Position numbers and translations under genes: made by a program | The notes under the pieces: generated by a model | Databases searched by the model: none | What the model saw: the letters and a program-made list of their open reading frames with translations, nothing else | Told to the model about the DNA's origin: nothing | Assembly: GCF_004376175.1 (NCBI RefSeq) | Contig: NZ_SNUY01000005.1 | Location: forward strand, 75,193 to 107,192 | DNA: 32,000 nucleotides | DNA from: Halalkalibacterium halodurans | Lineage (GTDB): Bacteria; Bacillota; Bacilli; Bacillales; Bacillaceae_D | Direction of reading: 5' to 3' | Part shown: piece by piece, positions 1 to 8,606 of the stretch | Position numbering within the stretch: the first letter of the stretch is position 1 | How the letters are laid out: each line of letters begins with the position of its first letter

Positions 1-363
1 CCATACTTTAATACCGATCCCATTTAATCGTCCATTTGTACCAACCCCTAAAATCGATACATTGGAAACATCCTTAATATCGATCTTACTATCAGACGTA
101 TTACTAGGTGTTATCGTACCGTTTACATAAATTGTTAACGGACGATTAGGGTTTTTGGACTTCAAAGCGTTTATTAATTCATTCCCTGTACGAACCGTCA
201 CTACATCTCCACCTGCACCACCAGTTGTTCCCCCATTTAACGTGGCAAAGCCTTGTAAGTTGAAATTTGGCGTATTCGCTTCTGCCGTTTGAAAGGATAC
301 ACCGAGCCATAACATAACCACAACACTGAAAGCAACTAGCTTGACGATGCTTGATCTCATCAT
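1..363 (-). CDS. Pectate lyase (PL1-like), N-terminal 121 codons; the rest lies beyond the window edge
   Basis: Not in the ORF track because it runs off the window. My reverse-strand translation from ATG 363 reads [67 protein letters not shown]...[19 protein letters not shown]. It has a signal peptide with an AEA cleavage site, then the GFA..GGTTGG.GG start and G.GI.V strand typical of secreted pectate lyases. RBS AAGGAAGTGAG lies upstream. Confidence 0.7.
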   Translation of the reverse strand, partial: MMRSSIVKLVAFSVVVMLWLGVSFQTAEANTPNFNLQGFATLNGGTTGGAGGDVVTVRTGNELINALKSKNPNRPLTIYVNGTITPSNTSDSKIDIKDVSNVSILGVGTNGRLNGIGIKVW

Positions 364-446
364 ACTCTCACTTCCTTTTTCAATATAGAGTTTGTCCTAC
401 CATGACCACAAAATGGATCGCTAGCGAAAACAATCCGAGACCTGCC

Positions 447-492
447 CCCTCCTTTCCTTTCACATGAGTGAATCCTACCATAGAAAGGAGGG
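447..492. repeat. Perfect 10-bp inverted repeat CCCTCCTTTC / GAAAGGAGGG with a 26-nt spacer
   Basis: Read directly: 447-456 is the reverse complement of 483-492. It lies about 85-130 nt upstream of the pectate lyase start on the minus strand. No U-run follows on either strand. Confidence 0.6.
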
Positions 493-593
493 AAAATAAG
501 TATCACCAGCCCACTATTTTGAATTTTATAAATATTGTGAAAATACCCTGCGGTTTTTTATTTTTTCTTAGCTATTTTATCTATATAGCTATA

Positions 594-607
594 GTGAAGC
601 GCTTACA
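594..607. promoter_or_regulatory. cre-like (CcpA) palindrome GTGAAGCGCTTACA
   Basis: It has the core AAGCGCTTACA, the same core as at 4966-4979 and 14342-14355. One half matches the ideal cre TGTAAGCGCTTACA and the other half is degenerate. It lies upstream of the pectate lyase gene. Confidence 0.35.
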
Positions 608-784
608 TTATAAGTCATATCTAAGCAAGTGATTATGTTTATAAAAAAACGCGGAGTAGGCTACTGGTCTAAAGAGGGATACGACTAGGACTGGCTATAT
701 ATTGCTTCGCATGTAAAGTAGGTCCATTGCACCCTACTATAAAATATGCAATTAAACTCTCTTAAAATTAAACTCACTTAAATG

Positions 785-821
785 GAAAAAAGCCTACCAT
801 TCCGTATAGGAATCGTAGGCT
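785..821 (-). terminator. Rho-independent terminator of the symporter gene
   Basis: AGCCTACcATTCCgtataGGAATcGTAGGCT hairpin, followed on the minus strand by a U-run (A-run 785-791 on plus). It sits immediately after the stop at 835. Confidence 0.8.
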
Positions 822-834
822 TGTAGTGTATACC

Positions 835-2076
835 TTAGGCGCTTGCTGACGTAGAGGCTGCTTTCGCTTTGCTTCTTTTCTCTGACTCATCAATTACAAC
901 AGCGCATGTAGCGTCTCCAGTAATGTTAATGGCTGTACGGGACATATCCAAGATTCGATCAACCGCAAGGACAAGGGCAATTCCCTCCACTGGTAAACCG
1001 ATGGACTGCAAGACCATGGCTAGCATGATTAACCCAACGCCAGGAACGCCAGCTGTACCAATACTAGCGAGTGTCGCTGTTAAAACAACCGTGAGCAAAT
1101 CACCCATCGAAAGCTGCTGAGCATAAACTTGAGCAATAAATACCGTCGCAACAGCTTGCATGATCGCCGTACCGTCCATGTTAATAGTGGCCCCTAACGG
1201 CTGAACAAAGCTAGAAACAGGCTTAGAGACACCGAGTTTTTCTTGTGCTGTTTTCATGGAGACAGGAAGGACAGCACTACTGCTTGATGTTCCGAAGGCT
1301 AACGCCATTGCTGGGAAGAAGTTTCGCAAAAATTCGAGCGGGTTTCGCTTCGCAACAAATGCGAGGAAGCCACCATAGGTAATGACTGCATGCAGCAGCA
1401 ACGCAAGTAACACGGCTATGACATACATGGCCATTGATCCTAATGCATCAAATCCTAGCTTACCGAGAGCTGAGGCGATTAAGCCAAATGCGCCGTATGG
1501 AGCTAACTTCATCGCAAGGCTCACAAGGTACATCATCACTTCGTTCCCCTGCTCCACGAGTTTTAAAATCCCGCTCGTCTTCTCTCCAAGTCTACCAAGG
1601 GCGAGACCGACTAACACAGCAAACGCAATAATTTGTAGCATTTGTCCTGAAGCTAACGCCTCAATTGGGTTTCTCGGAATAATGTTGAGGATCGTCTCCA
1701 TGACAGGTGGTGCTTCCGTCGCTTCAAACTCCTCTTCGACTGTCCCCATTAGTCCAGGCTCTCCAGGTTGTAATACATAGGCAATCGATAGGCCGATGAC
1801 GAGAGCAATCATCGTCGTTAGCAAGTAAAAGCCGACGGTTTTCGACCCAAGTTTCCCTAACTTTTTCGGATCTCCTAGCCCTGCAGTTCCGAGAATAATC
1901 GAAAACAAAACAAGGGGAACGACGAGCATCATAATTAATCTAAGAAATAATTGCCCCACCGGTGTAAAGACGTACGTATCAATAGGTACAAATAAATCTG
2001 GTGCAAATTTATTCATACCAAGCCCAACTAGAATCCCTAACACGAGGGCAATAATAATCTTCTTCGTTAAACTCAT
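835..2076 (-). CDS. Dicarboxylate/amino acid:cation symporter (DAACS family, GltP/GltT-like)
   Basis: Polytopic membrane protein with DAACS signatures AFGTSSSSAVLPVSM and GATINMDGTA. I place the start at ATG 2076 (MSLTKK) because GAGGAG lies 8 nt upstream. The track start at 2094 would put the RBS inside the ORF. Confidence 0.9.
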   Translation of the reverse strand: MSLTKKIIIALVLGILVGLGMNKFAPDLFVPIDTYVFTPVGQLFLRLIMMLVVPLVLFSIILGTAGLGDPKKLGKLGSKTVGFYLLTTMIALVIGLSIAYVLQPGEPGLMGTVEEEFEATEAPPVMETILNIIPRNPIEALASGQMLQIIAFAVLVGLALGRLGEKTSGILKLVEQGNEVMMYLVSLAMKLAPYGAFGLIASALGKLGFDALGSMAMYVIAVLLALLLHAVITYGGFLAFVAKRNPLEFLRNFFPAMALAFGTSSSSAVLPVSMKTAQEKLGVSKPVSSFVQPLGATINMDGTAIMQAVATVFIAQVYAQQLSMGDLLTVVLTATLASIGTAGVPGVGLIMLAMVLQSIGLPVEGIALVLAVDRILDMSRTAINITGDATCAVVIDESEKRSKAKAASTSASA

Positions 2077-2475
2077 ATCATCATCTCCTCTCACAACTGT
2101 ACACTTTGCTGCACTACTGTATTAATGCAATAAATATGATAACACATGTTACATTTTATCTTTATTTATTAATAAATAAAGAGGCTTGTTAGATATTATG
2201 ACATAAAATTTTTGATAAAGAGTAGATTCATTGGATCGATATTGGCGAAAACCCTCTTCCTCTGCAATGTAAGCCTTGTCAAATAGCCTAACACGCGGGA
2301 ATGATCGCGTCAACGACGCTTTTTTCAAAAAATACCCAACATCTCCTCAAACCCCATCTTTCTCCTTTTTTACCAATGGTATTTCAGATAAATAACGTGT
2401 TGCCTAGTCTAAGGTGGAAGCGTTCGTTTTCTTATCCTCCCACTCCTTGATAGAAGGTAGCCTTCCCTAAAGTAT

Positions 2476-2499
2476 AAAAAAGTGACCAATTAGGCCACT
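2476..2499 (-). terminator. Probable terminator of the DUF1450 gene
   Basis: On the minus strand, AGTGGCC-taatt-GGTCACT (one mismatch) is followed by TTTTTAT. It overlaps the stop codon. Confidence 0.5.
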
Positions 2500-2723
2500 T
2501 ATTTCTTCAGCTTTTTCTTTATTTTTTCGATCAGTTGATCTTCATCTGGCGCAGCAACGGGGCGGTTGTTCACAAATGTGAATGACTTTTTACGACCTGG
2601 ACCGCAATAGGATTGGCAGCGTATATCAATGGTTGCATTTGGGTCTAATTTTTTCAGTTTTGGGATTAGTGTCTTGATGTTTGTCGCTTGACACTCATCA
2701 CAAATACGAAATTCATTTGCCAA
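2499..2723 (-). CDS. Small Cys-rich DUF1450 (YuzB-like) protein
   Basis: EFRICDEC...[10 protein letters not shown] resembles the DUF1450 pattern (EFC..N ... C.SYCG.C). AAGGAG lies 9 nt upstream of TTG 2723. The track ATG at 2747 would contain that RBS, so the shorter start is preferred. Confidence 0.65.
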   Translation of the reverse strand: MANEFRICDECQATNIKTLIPKLKKLDPNATIDIRCQSYCGPGRKKSFTFVNNRPVAAPDEDQLIEKIKKKLKK

Positions 2724-2889
2724 CGCTCCCCACTCCTTTCCCTTCAACCTATTTATTGTAAAAACGAACTTGTAGATGATAAAAGCACTAACTTACAGTA
2801 TAACACGTTTTTACTGGAAGGCAATCGTCAAATTCGCAAGAAAAACTATGCTATAATGAAGCGACGGTATCAAAGGGAGACTGACAATT

Positions 2890-3726
2890 ATGAGTTTATT
2901 GCTACAGCAACATTTATCTCAACCATGGCGATTCTTAGACCACACATCGTTTGGTCCGACATTTCAGGCGCTGCAATCATTTGCTTATGATGACACCCTT
3001 TGCACATCGATTGGAAAGAGTCAATCCCCACCAACTCTTAGAGCGTGGGTTCACCATAACACGGTCGTGCTTGGCATTCAGGACAGTCGCCTGCCTCAAA
3101 TAAAAGCAGGTATTGAAGCGCTAAAAGGCTTCCAACACCATGTGATCGTTCGTAACTCTGGTGGTCTAGCGGTCGTACTCGATTCTGGTATTCTTAACCT
3201 CTCTCTCGTTCTTAAAGAGGAGAAGGGGTTCTCCATCGATGACGGATACGAATTAATGTATGAGCTTATCTGTTCCATGTTCCAGGATCATAGAGAACAA
3301 ATCGAAGCGAGAGAAATCGTTGGTTCTTATTGCCCTGGAAGCTACGACTTAAGCATTGATGGTAAAAAATTTGCTGGTATCTCGCAGCGCCGAATTCGTG
3401 GCGGTGTGGCAGTGCAAATTTATTTATGTGTAAGCGGTAGCGGGGCAGAGCGCGCAAAAATGATCCGAACCTTTTATGACAAAGCAGTGGCCGGACAGCC
3501 GACTAAATTTGTCTATCCTAGAATCAAACCGGAAACGATGGCCTCTTTATCCGAACTATTGGGCCAACCACACAACGTTTCAGATGTTTTGCTGAAGGCT
3601 CTAATGACACTGCAACAACATGGAGCTTCGCTGCTGACAGAATCTTTATCTGCTGACGAATGGCTGTTATATGAGCAGCATTTCGCGCGGATTAGCGAAC
3701 GAAATGAGAAGTTGCTTGCGGAATAA
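2890..3726 (+). CDS. lipL: Octanoyl-[GcvH]:protein N-octanoyltransferase (lipoate/biotin protein ligase fold)
   Basis: [61 protein letters not shown] and [11 protein letters not shown] match B. subtilis LipL (YwfL) as I recall it. It sits next to pta, as in B. subtilis. Confidence 0.85.
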   Translation: MSLLLQQHLSQPWRFLDHTSFGPTFQALQSFAYDDTLCTSIGKSQSPPTLRAWVHHNTVVLGIQDSRLPQIKAGIEALKGFQHHVIVRNSGGLAVVLDSGILNLSLVLKEEKGFSIDDGYELMYELICSMFQDHREQIEAREIVGSYCPGSYDLSIDGKKFAGISQRRIRGGVAVQIYLCVSGSGAERAKMIRTFYDKAVAGQPTKFVYPRIKPETMASLSELLGQPHNVSDVLLKALMTLQQHGASLLTESLSADEWLLYEQHFARISERNEKLLAE

Positions 3727-3734
3727 GCTAAAAG

Positions 3735-3765
3735 GAGGACCGATCACTGGTTCCTCTCTTTTTAA
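3735..3765 (+). terminator. Possible lipL terminator
   Basis: GAGGACC-gatcact-GGTTCCTC (one bulge) followed by TCTTTTT. Confidence 0.45.
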
Positions 3766-3790
3766 CGACTGACTCCCCTCATCAAAACAC

Positions 3791-3824
3791 AAAAAACCCT
3801 GAAGTGATTTCCTCACTACAGGGT
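3791..3824 (-). terminator. pta terminator
   Basis: ACCCTGaAGTGAtttccTCACTaCAGGGT hairpin with a U-run on the minus strand (AAAAAA 3791-3796 on plus). Confidence 0.75.
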
Positions 3825-3853
3825 TCCCTCTACAGCGCTCGATTACTACGCTC

Positions 3854-4846
3854 CTAGTTATTGTCGCCTTTTTGGTTAATGGCTTGTAACGCAGTAATTA
3901 AAGACAGCTTGTAAACATCGGATGCGTTGCAACCACGGGACAAGTCATTCACCGGTTGGTTCAAGCCTTGCAAAATTGGACCAATTGCTTCGTAACCACC
4001 TAATCGTTGTGCAATTTTATAGCCGATGTTTCCTGACTCTAAGCTTGGGAATACAAAGACATTAGCCTCCCCTTTCAATGGAGATTCAGGTGCTTTTTTT
4101 TGCGCCACAGCTGGAACGAAAGCAGCATCAAATTGAAATTCGCCATCAATGACTAAATCTGAGCGAGCTTCTTGGGCAAGCTTTGTTGCCTCTGCCACTT
4201 TCTCTGTCTCGGGTGAGACGGCAGAGCCTTTTGTCGAGAAACTAAGCATGGCCACTTTAGGATCAATGTCGAACACTTTCGCTGTCTCAGCCGTAGCAAC
4301 TGCAATTTCTGCTAAATCTTCGGCAGTTGGGGCAATGTTGATCGCACAATCAGCAAAGACGAGCTTTTGATCTTCCTTCACCATAATAAAAACACCAGAT
4401 GTTCGTTTAATTCCTGGCTGTGTTTTAATGATTTGCAATGCTGGGCGGACCGTATCTCCGGTCGAATGGGCAGCCCCGCTTACAAGGCCGTCTGCTACGC
4501 CTGTATATACGAGCATTGTTCCAAAATAGTTAACATCTACTAGCTTTTCACGGGCTGTCTCTTCAGTTTCCTTCCCTTTCCGACGCTCCACGAACGCATG
4601 TACCATATCGTCAAATGCCTCATACGATTTAGGGTCGATAATCTCAACAGATCCAAGGTCAATATTTAACTCAGATGCACGTGCCTGAATATCTGCAACA
4701 TTCCCCACAAGAATCGGCTTCACCACTTCATCTTTTGCTAAATTTGCTGCCGCCTCTAAAATCCGCTCATCCGTACCTTCAGGCAGCACAATAGTCGGTT
4801 GGTGACGCTTCACTTGTTCTTGAATGTTACGAAAGAGATCACTCAC
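3854..4846 (-). CDS. pta: Phosphate acetyltransferase
   Basis: Near-colinear with B. subtilis Pta as I recall it (SDLF..IQE.V, PEG.DERILEA, GLVSGAAHSTGDTVRPALQIIKT, FADCAINI, DGEFQFDAAFVP, NVFVFPSLE.GNIGYKIAQRLG, PVNDLSRGC). Start is GTG 4846, with AGGAGG 8 nt upstream. Confidence 0.93.
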   Translation of the reverse strand: MSDLFRNIQEQVKRHQPTIVLPEGTDERILEAAANLAKDEVVKPILVGNVADIQARASELNIDLGSVEIIDPKSYEAFDDMVHAFVERRKGKETEETAREKLVDVNYFGTMLVYTGVADGLVSGAAHSTGDTVRPALQIIKTQPGIKRTSGVFIMVKEDQKLVFADCAINIAPTAEDLAEIAVATAETAKVFDIDPKVAMLSFSTKGSAVSPETEKVAEATKLAQEARSDLVIDGEFQFDAAFVPAVAQKKAPESPLKGEANVFVFPSLESGNIGYKIAQRLGGYEAIGPILQGLNQPVNDLSRGCNASDVYKLSLITALQAINQKGDNN

Positions 4847-4965
4847 TTTACGATTCCTCCTAGGTTTGTTCAATTCCTCACAATAAAAAGCATACTCCTC
4901 TTTTTATAAAAAATAAACCGTTCGGTTAAAGTTCTTTAAAGTTTTATTTTTTATAAAATTCTGAT

Positions 4966-4979
4966 CTAAAGCGCTTACA
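4966..4979. promoter_or_regulatory. cre-like site CTAAAGCGCTTACA upstream of pta
   Basis: One half (GCGCTTACA) is a perfect cre half-site and the other is degenerate. It lies about 120 nt upstream of the pta start. Confidence 0.45.
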
Positions 4980-5025
4980 GATCAATGTTTTTTACAAAAT
5001 TTCATCATTAAAACATTCCATCTAA

Positions 5026-5039
5026 TTAAAGCGTTTCCA
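5026..5039. promoter_or_regulatory. Second cre-like site TTAAAGCGTTTCCA
   Basis: Matches TGNAANCGNWNNCW except at position 2. It lies 100 nt upstream of the crotonase gene. Confidence 0.3.
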
Positions 5040-5138
5040 AAGGAATTTCGGAATATGTGTCGAACTTGTTTAAAATCATTGGTTTACACTTTAATCTAGA
5101 CAGTACGTGTGCAAAAACAAAAGGAGCGTGTATGAAGT

Positions 5139-5879
5139 ATGACAAAATCATCTGTGCTATATGAAGTTACAAATGATGTGGCAACCATTACGTTAAATCG
5201 ACCGGAAGTAAAAAATGCGATAAATAAAGAGATGCATCAAGAGCTCTTTTCTGCTTTTCAACAAGCCGATGGAGATGAAAACGTAAAAGTCATTGTCCTT
5301 CAAGGAAATGGTGATGCTTTTTGTGCCGGTGCAGATCTAAAAAGCATTCCGCTAGAAGAACTTGAAGATTTTGATCACGGTACGTATTTGCGAGATACAT
5401 ACAATCGACTCATTTTGCTTATTGACTCCATTCAAAAGCCAACCGTTGCCTATATTAACGGAACTGCTGTTGGGGCAGGGCTTAGCATCGCCCTTGCCTG
5501 TGATTTACGTGTGGCTACCTATAATGCAAAGCTTGGACTCGGCTTTTTGAAGATTGGCTTAGTTCCTGATGCTGGCGCCTCTTACTTCTTGCCTCGGCTC
5601 GTTGGCTATGGTAAAGCCTTAGAGCTAGCCCTTGGGAACCCTATTTCAGCTGAAGAAGCTTATCGCATCAATTTAATTCATCAAATCGGAGAGCCGGACA
5701 AATTAATCGAACAATTGCGGCATACATCAATTACTGCATTCGGCCTTATGAAACAAACGTTCAAGGCTAGCTTTGAACAAACGCTCCCTTCCATTCTGGA
5801 GCAGGAAGTATTTGCCCAAAGCGAAGCGGGTCAAACACGTGAACACCGACAAGCGATTCAACAATTTTTGCAACGATAA
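5139..5879 (+). CDS. Enoyl-CoA hydratase/isomerase (crotonase) family protein
   Basis: ITLNRPEVKNAIN, FCAGADLK and INGTAVGAGLSIALACDLRVA are classic crotonase oxyanion-hole segments. Confidence 0.85.
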   Translation: MTKSSVLYEVTNDVATITLNRPEVKNAINKEMHQELFSAFQQADGDENVKVIVLQGNGDAFCAGADLKSIPLEELEDFDHGTYLRDTYNRLILLIDSIQKPTVAYINGTAVGAGLSIALACDLRVATYNAKLGLGFLKIGLVPDAGASYFLPRLVGYGKALELALGNPISAEEAYRINLIHQIGEPDKLIEQLRHTSITAFGLMKQTFKASFEQTLPSILEQEVFAQSEAGQTREHRQAIQQFLQR

Positions 5880-5994
5880 CCCACATATCCACAAGTTGTT
5901 CACATAAATGCCTAAGTCTCGTCATTTTGGCACCCTTTTAAAATGTGGTATGATATCGATGGGATTCGTGATTTTAAAAGGAGTGAATCATGCC

Positions 5995-6744
5995 ATGAAT
6001 GAAGCAGCAAAAACGTTAGACGGCTGGTATTGTTTACATGATTTCCGCACGATTAATTGGGCGGAGCTAAAAACTTTATCAACAGAAGAACGTCAACAAA
6101 TCATCAACGAATTTTTAGATCTTATGGAAAAATGGAATGATACAGAGGCTCAAGGTGAAGGAAGCCATGCAGTTTATACGATCGTCGGTCAAAAGGCTGA
6201 CGTGATGCTCATGATCTTGCGTCCGTCGATGGAAGAGTTAAATGAAATAGAAACTGCATTTAATAAATCACGCTTTGCTGAATTTACCGTTCCTGCCTAT
6301 TCATATGTCTCTGTTGTCGAACTGAGCAATTATATGGCCGGAGATAGCGATGATGATCCGTATCAAAACCCGCACGTTCGGGCAAGACTCTACCCGCAAT
6401 TACCGAAGGCAAAGCACGTTTGCTTCTATCCGATGGACAAGCGTCGTCAAGGTGATGACAACTGGTACATGCTTCCGATGGATCAGCGTCGCGAATTAAT
6501 GAAAAGTCACGGCATGATCGGTCGTAGCTATGCAGGAAAGGTGAAGCAAATCATCACTGGATCTGTCGGCTTTGATGACTGGGAATGGGGCGTTACCCTT
6601 TTTTCAGATGACGTGCTTCAATTTAAAAAGCTTGTCTATGAAATGCGCTTTGACGAAGTCTCCGCCCGTTACGGCGAATTTGGCTCGTTTTTTGTTGGTA
6701 ACCTTCTTACAGCAGAAGGTATCCCCTCTTATTTTTATGTTTAA
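5995..6744 (+). CDS. hemQ: Coproheme decarboxylase (HemQ/ChdC, chlorite-dismutase fold)
   Basis: [60 protein letters not shown] and [52 protein letters not shown] closely match B. subtilis HemQ (YwfI). Start is ATG 5995, since the track's 29-codon N-terminal extension has no counterpart. Confidence 0.9.
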   Translation: MNEAAKTLDGWYCLHDFRTINWAELKTLSTEERQQIINEFLDLMEKWNDTEAQGEGSHAVYTIVGQKADVMLMILRPSMEELNEIETAFNKSRFAEFTVPAYSYVSVVELSNYMAGDSDDDPYQNPHVRARLYPQLPKAKHVCFYPMDKRRQGDDNWYMLPMDQRRELMKSHGMIGRSYAGKVKQIITGSVGFDDWEWGVTLFSDDVLQFKKLVYEMRFDEVSARYGEFGSFFVGNLLTAEGIPSYFYV

Positions 6745-6750
6745 TTTTAT

Positions 6751-6791
6751 GCGTCTGTTGGTTGGGTTTTCCCTGCCACAGGCGCTTTTTT
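6751..6791 (+). terminator. hemQ terminator
   Basis: GCGTCTGT...ACAGGCGC long hairpin followed by TTTTTTATTTT. Confidence 0.75.
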
Positions 6792-6837
6792 ATTTTGTCT
6801 CATTTGCTCGTCCACCGTCAAAATCTGTTTTGTTTTG

Positions 6838-6866
6838 TCATAGGGCTCGTGCCTCGCACATATAGA
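6838..6866 (+). promoter_or_regulatory. Possible sigma-E-type sporulation promoter for cwlJ-gerQ
   Basis: TCATAGG-14 nt-CATATAGA compared with the consensus kmATATT-14-CATACAnT gives two mismatches in each element with correct spacing. cwlJ is sigma-E dependent in B. subtilis. Confidence 0.3.
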
Positions 6867-6941
6867 TTGGAGTAGCACCGTGCGTGTAGATCACTTTCGA
6901 CACAACGCACCGATATGGCAGAGTTAAGAGGAGGTGAGAAT

Positions 6942-7373
6942 TTGGCCGTCATTCGAACAACATCACGGGATATCGATCTGTTGGCACGCTTAATGAGAGC
7001 CGAGGCAGAAGGCGAAGGGGATCTCGGAATGTTAATGGCCGGGAATGTCATGGTCAATCGTGTCCGTGTCGGCTGTCTTGACTTTGCAGACATTAATACG
7101 GTCGAACGGATGGTCTTTCAGTCTCCTGGCGGATTTGAGGCGACACAAAAAGGGTATTTTTATCAACGGGCACGGGATAGAGATCGCCGCCTCGCACAAC
7201 GAGTTGTGAACGGGGAACGCACCCATCCTGCCGAGTTTTCGCTTTGGTTTTTCCGTCCAGATGGTCCTTGTCCTGAGCAATGGTTCGGACAATGGAATTC
7301 CGGTCGGTATAAAGCCCATTGCTTCTTTAACCCAACTTCGGCAGATTGTCCAGAAGTGTACGGTGTATTCTAG
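6942..7373 (+). CDS. cwlJ: Spore cortex-lytic enzyme CwlJ (SleB/CwlJ Hydrolase_2 domain)
   Basis: AVIRTTSRDIDLLARLMRAEAEGEG, GYFYQRARD, NGER..PAEFSLWFFRP and HCFF match B. subtilis CwlJ. Start is TTG 6942, with AGGAGG 7 nt upstream. It is followed by gerQ, as in B. subtilis. Confidence 0.88.
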   Translation: MAVIRTTSRDIDLLARLMRAEAEGEGDLGMLMAGNVMVNRVRVGCLDFADINTVERMVFQSPGGFEATQKGYFYQRARDRDRRLAQRVVNGERTHPAEFSLWFFRPDGPCPEQWFGQWNSGRYKAHCFFNPTSADCPEVYGVF

Positions 7374-7418
7374 TTGCTGACGTTTTATGGAGAATGAACT
7401 TTGAAGGGGTGATTCATC

Positions 7419-8024
7419 GTGAGTCAAGACAACAACCAAACCGGGCAAGAGCCGGTCGAGGAATACGGAACAAACGAGGTGTCTACGTCTACGTTTCCGT
7501 CATCCATTCCTTATCAATATTCGTTTGCGCCTAACCAAGGATATCGACATAATCTACAACCGCAAACGGGATACGGACAGTTCGGCTCACAGCAAACGCA
7601 TCCGGGAATGCATGGTCAACAAACACCGCAAGGACAGCAACCAGGTTATTTTTCAGCCCAACAGTACCAATTCCAGCCGCCAGGCTTTACACAGCAGCAA
7701 GTCCCCCAACAGCAACAACCGATGATGCAGCCAATGGCAATGCCCGATAGTTTACCATTAGAGCAATCGTACATTGAGAATATTCTTCGCTTAAACCGCG
7801 GAAAACAAGTGACCGTCTACATGACGTTTGAAAACAACCTGCAATGGAACGCGATGGTTTTTAATGGCCGTGTTGAAGAAGCCGGACGTGATCACATCAT
7901 TTTAAGCGATCCAGAGACTGGCCTCAACTATTTACTGCTCATGGTTTATCTTGATTACATTACGTTTGAAGAACCGATCGAATATAGGCCACTTTTTGGT
8001 CTCGCTACTTACGCTCCACGTTAA
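7419..8024 (+). CDS. gerQ: Spore coat protein GerQ (YwdL), Q/P-rich N-terminal half
   Basis: The C-terminal domain (LPLEQSYIENILRLNRGK...AGRDHIILSDPETG..YLL.MVYLDYITFEE) matches GerQ. GTG start at 7419 follows GAAGGGGTGA, and an in-frame TGA lies 6 nt upstream. Confidence 0.85.
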   Translation: MSQDNNQTGQEPVEEYGTNEVSTSTFPSSIPYQYSFAPNQGYRHNLQPQTGYGQFGSQQTHPGMHGQQTPQGQQPGYFSAQQYQFQPPGFTQQQVPQQQQPMMQPMAMPDSLPLEQSYIENILRLNRGKQVTVYMTFENNLQWNAMVFNGRVEEAGRDHIILSDPETGLNYLLLMVYLDYITFEEPIEYRPLFGLATYAPR

Positions 8025-8065
8025 GCATTGACCATCATGAGAGAAAGATTCATTTTTTGTCTATT

Positions 8066-8098
8066 AAAAAAGAAGCAGGCATTCCTGCTTCTTTTTTT
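8066..8098. terminator. Bidirectional terminator between gerQ and ywdK
   Basis: AAAAAAGAAGCAGG-cattc-CTGCTTCTTTTTTT. A perfect stem is flanked by an A-run and a T-run. Confidence 0.85.
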
Positions 8099-8108
8099 CA
8101 TTCCTTTT

Positions 8109-8474
8109 CTACCGGACAACAGCAATCCCTAATAAAATCCATCCAGCAATGAACGCTAGCCCACCAATAGGGGTGATCGCTCCGAGTTTGGTAACTCCGG
8201 TTAACGCCATCGCATAAAGACTTCCAGAGAACAACAGAATGCCGACAAAAAAGCTCCAACCTGCTGCCGATAATAAAGCAGAAGGCAACATCTTAAGCCC
8301 TACAAGACCGACAACAAGGATCCCAATTCCGTGAATCATCTGATATTGCACGCCGGTTTGGTAGTTTTTCATCATTCGTTCACTTAAACGCGGCTCAAGC
8401 CCATGGGCTCCAAATGCACCAATGATGACCGAAAGCCCCATAACGATACTACCAAGTAATAAAAACAATTTCAT
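8109..8474 (-). CDS. ywdK: DUF423 family membrane protein (YwdK-like)
   Basis: Four-TM 121-aa protein with GAFGAHG near the N-terminus, typical of DUF423. It is adjacent to gerQ, as in B. subtilis. Confidence 0.8.
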   Translation of the reverse strand: MKLFLLLGSIVMGLSVIIGAFGAHGLEPRLSERMMKNYQTGVQYQMIHGIGILVVGLVGLKMLPSALLSAAGWSFFVGILLFSGSLYAMALTGVTKLGAITPIGGLAFIAGWILLGIAVVR

Positions 8475-8606
8475 GTCATTTCCCTCCCTAAAAACTTCAG
8501 CATCTCACCGATCTGTATCATTTGATCTGATGGAACAAAATCTAGACCTTACGTTGCAGAAATATGTATACTTAGGTCAAACAAACGGAAAAGGAGTGAA
8601 AACGAA

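Noticed and set aside
463-498. An 11-codon micro-ORF (MSESYHRKEGK) in the loop of the 447-492 inverted repeat
   Set aside because: It has no RBS, lies on the strand opposite the neighbouring genes, and is too short to support without conservation data.
869-1780. Plus-strand ORFs (869-1120, 1382-1780, 1434-1631) inside the symporter gene
   Set aside because: They are antisense shadow frames of a well-supported membrane-protein CDS. They have no RBS, and their Ser/Pro/Ala-rich composition is typical of reverse-frame artefacts.
2137-2153. TGATAACACATGTTACA, a one-mismatch TnrA/GlnR-like box upstream of the GltP-like symporter
   Set aside because: It is a single degenerate site in a very AT-rich region, with no mapped promoter. 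AT-rich spacers produce such near-matches by chance. It is worth including in a genome-wide motif scan but is not supportable on its own.
5908-5994. Long N-terminal extensions offered by the ORF track (hemQ 5908, kinase 19901, SBP 26752, AKR 31476, exonuclease 11995, cwlJ 6915, pta 4873)
   Set aside because: In each case a strong SD sequence lies inside the extension at the proper distance from an internal ATG, GTG or TTG. The shorter product also matches the expected family N-terminus or the upstream gene's stop-start overlap.
6818-7448. Minus-strand ORFs 6818-7093 and 7032-7448 overlapping cwlJ
   Set aside because: They are antisense to a CDS with strong homology-type evidence (CwlJ). They lack an RBS and have Arg/Ser/Pro-rich shadow composition.
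7525-7740. The Q-rich segment of gerQ as a possible DNA tandem repeat or array
   Set aside because: The CAA/CAG-rich stretch has no regular repeat unit or spacer periodicity. It is coding low complexity within GerQ, and ORF 7525-7725 is an alternate-frame artefact.
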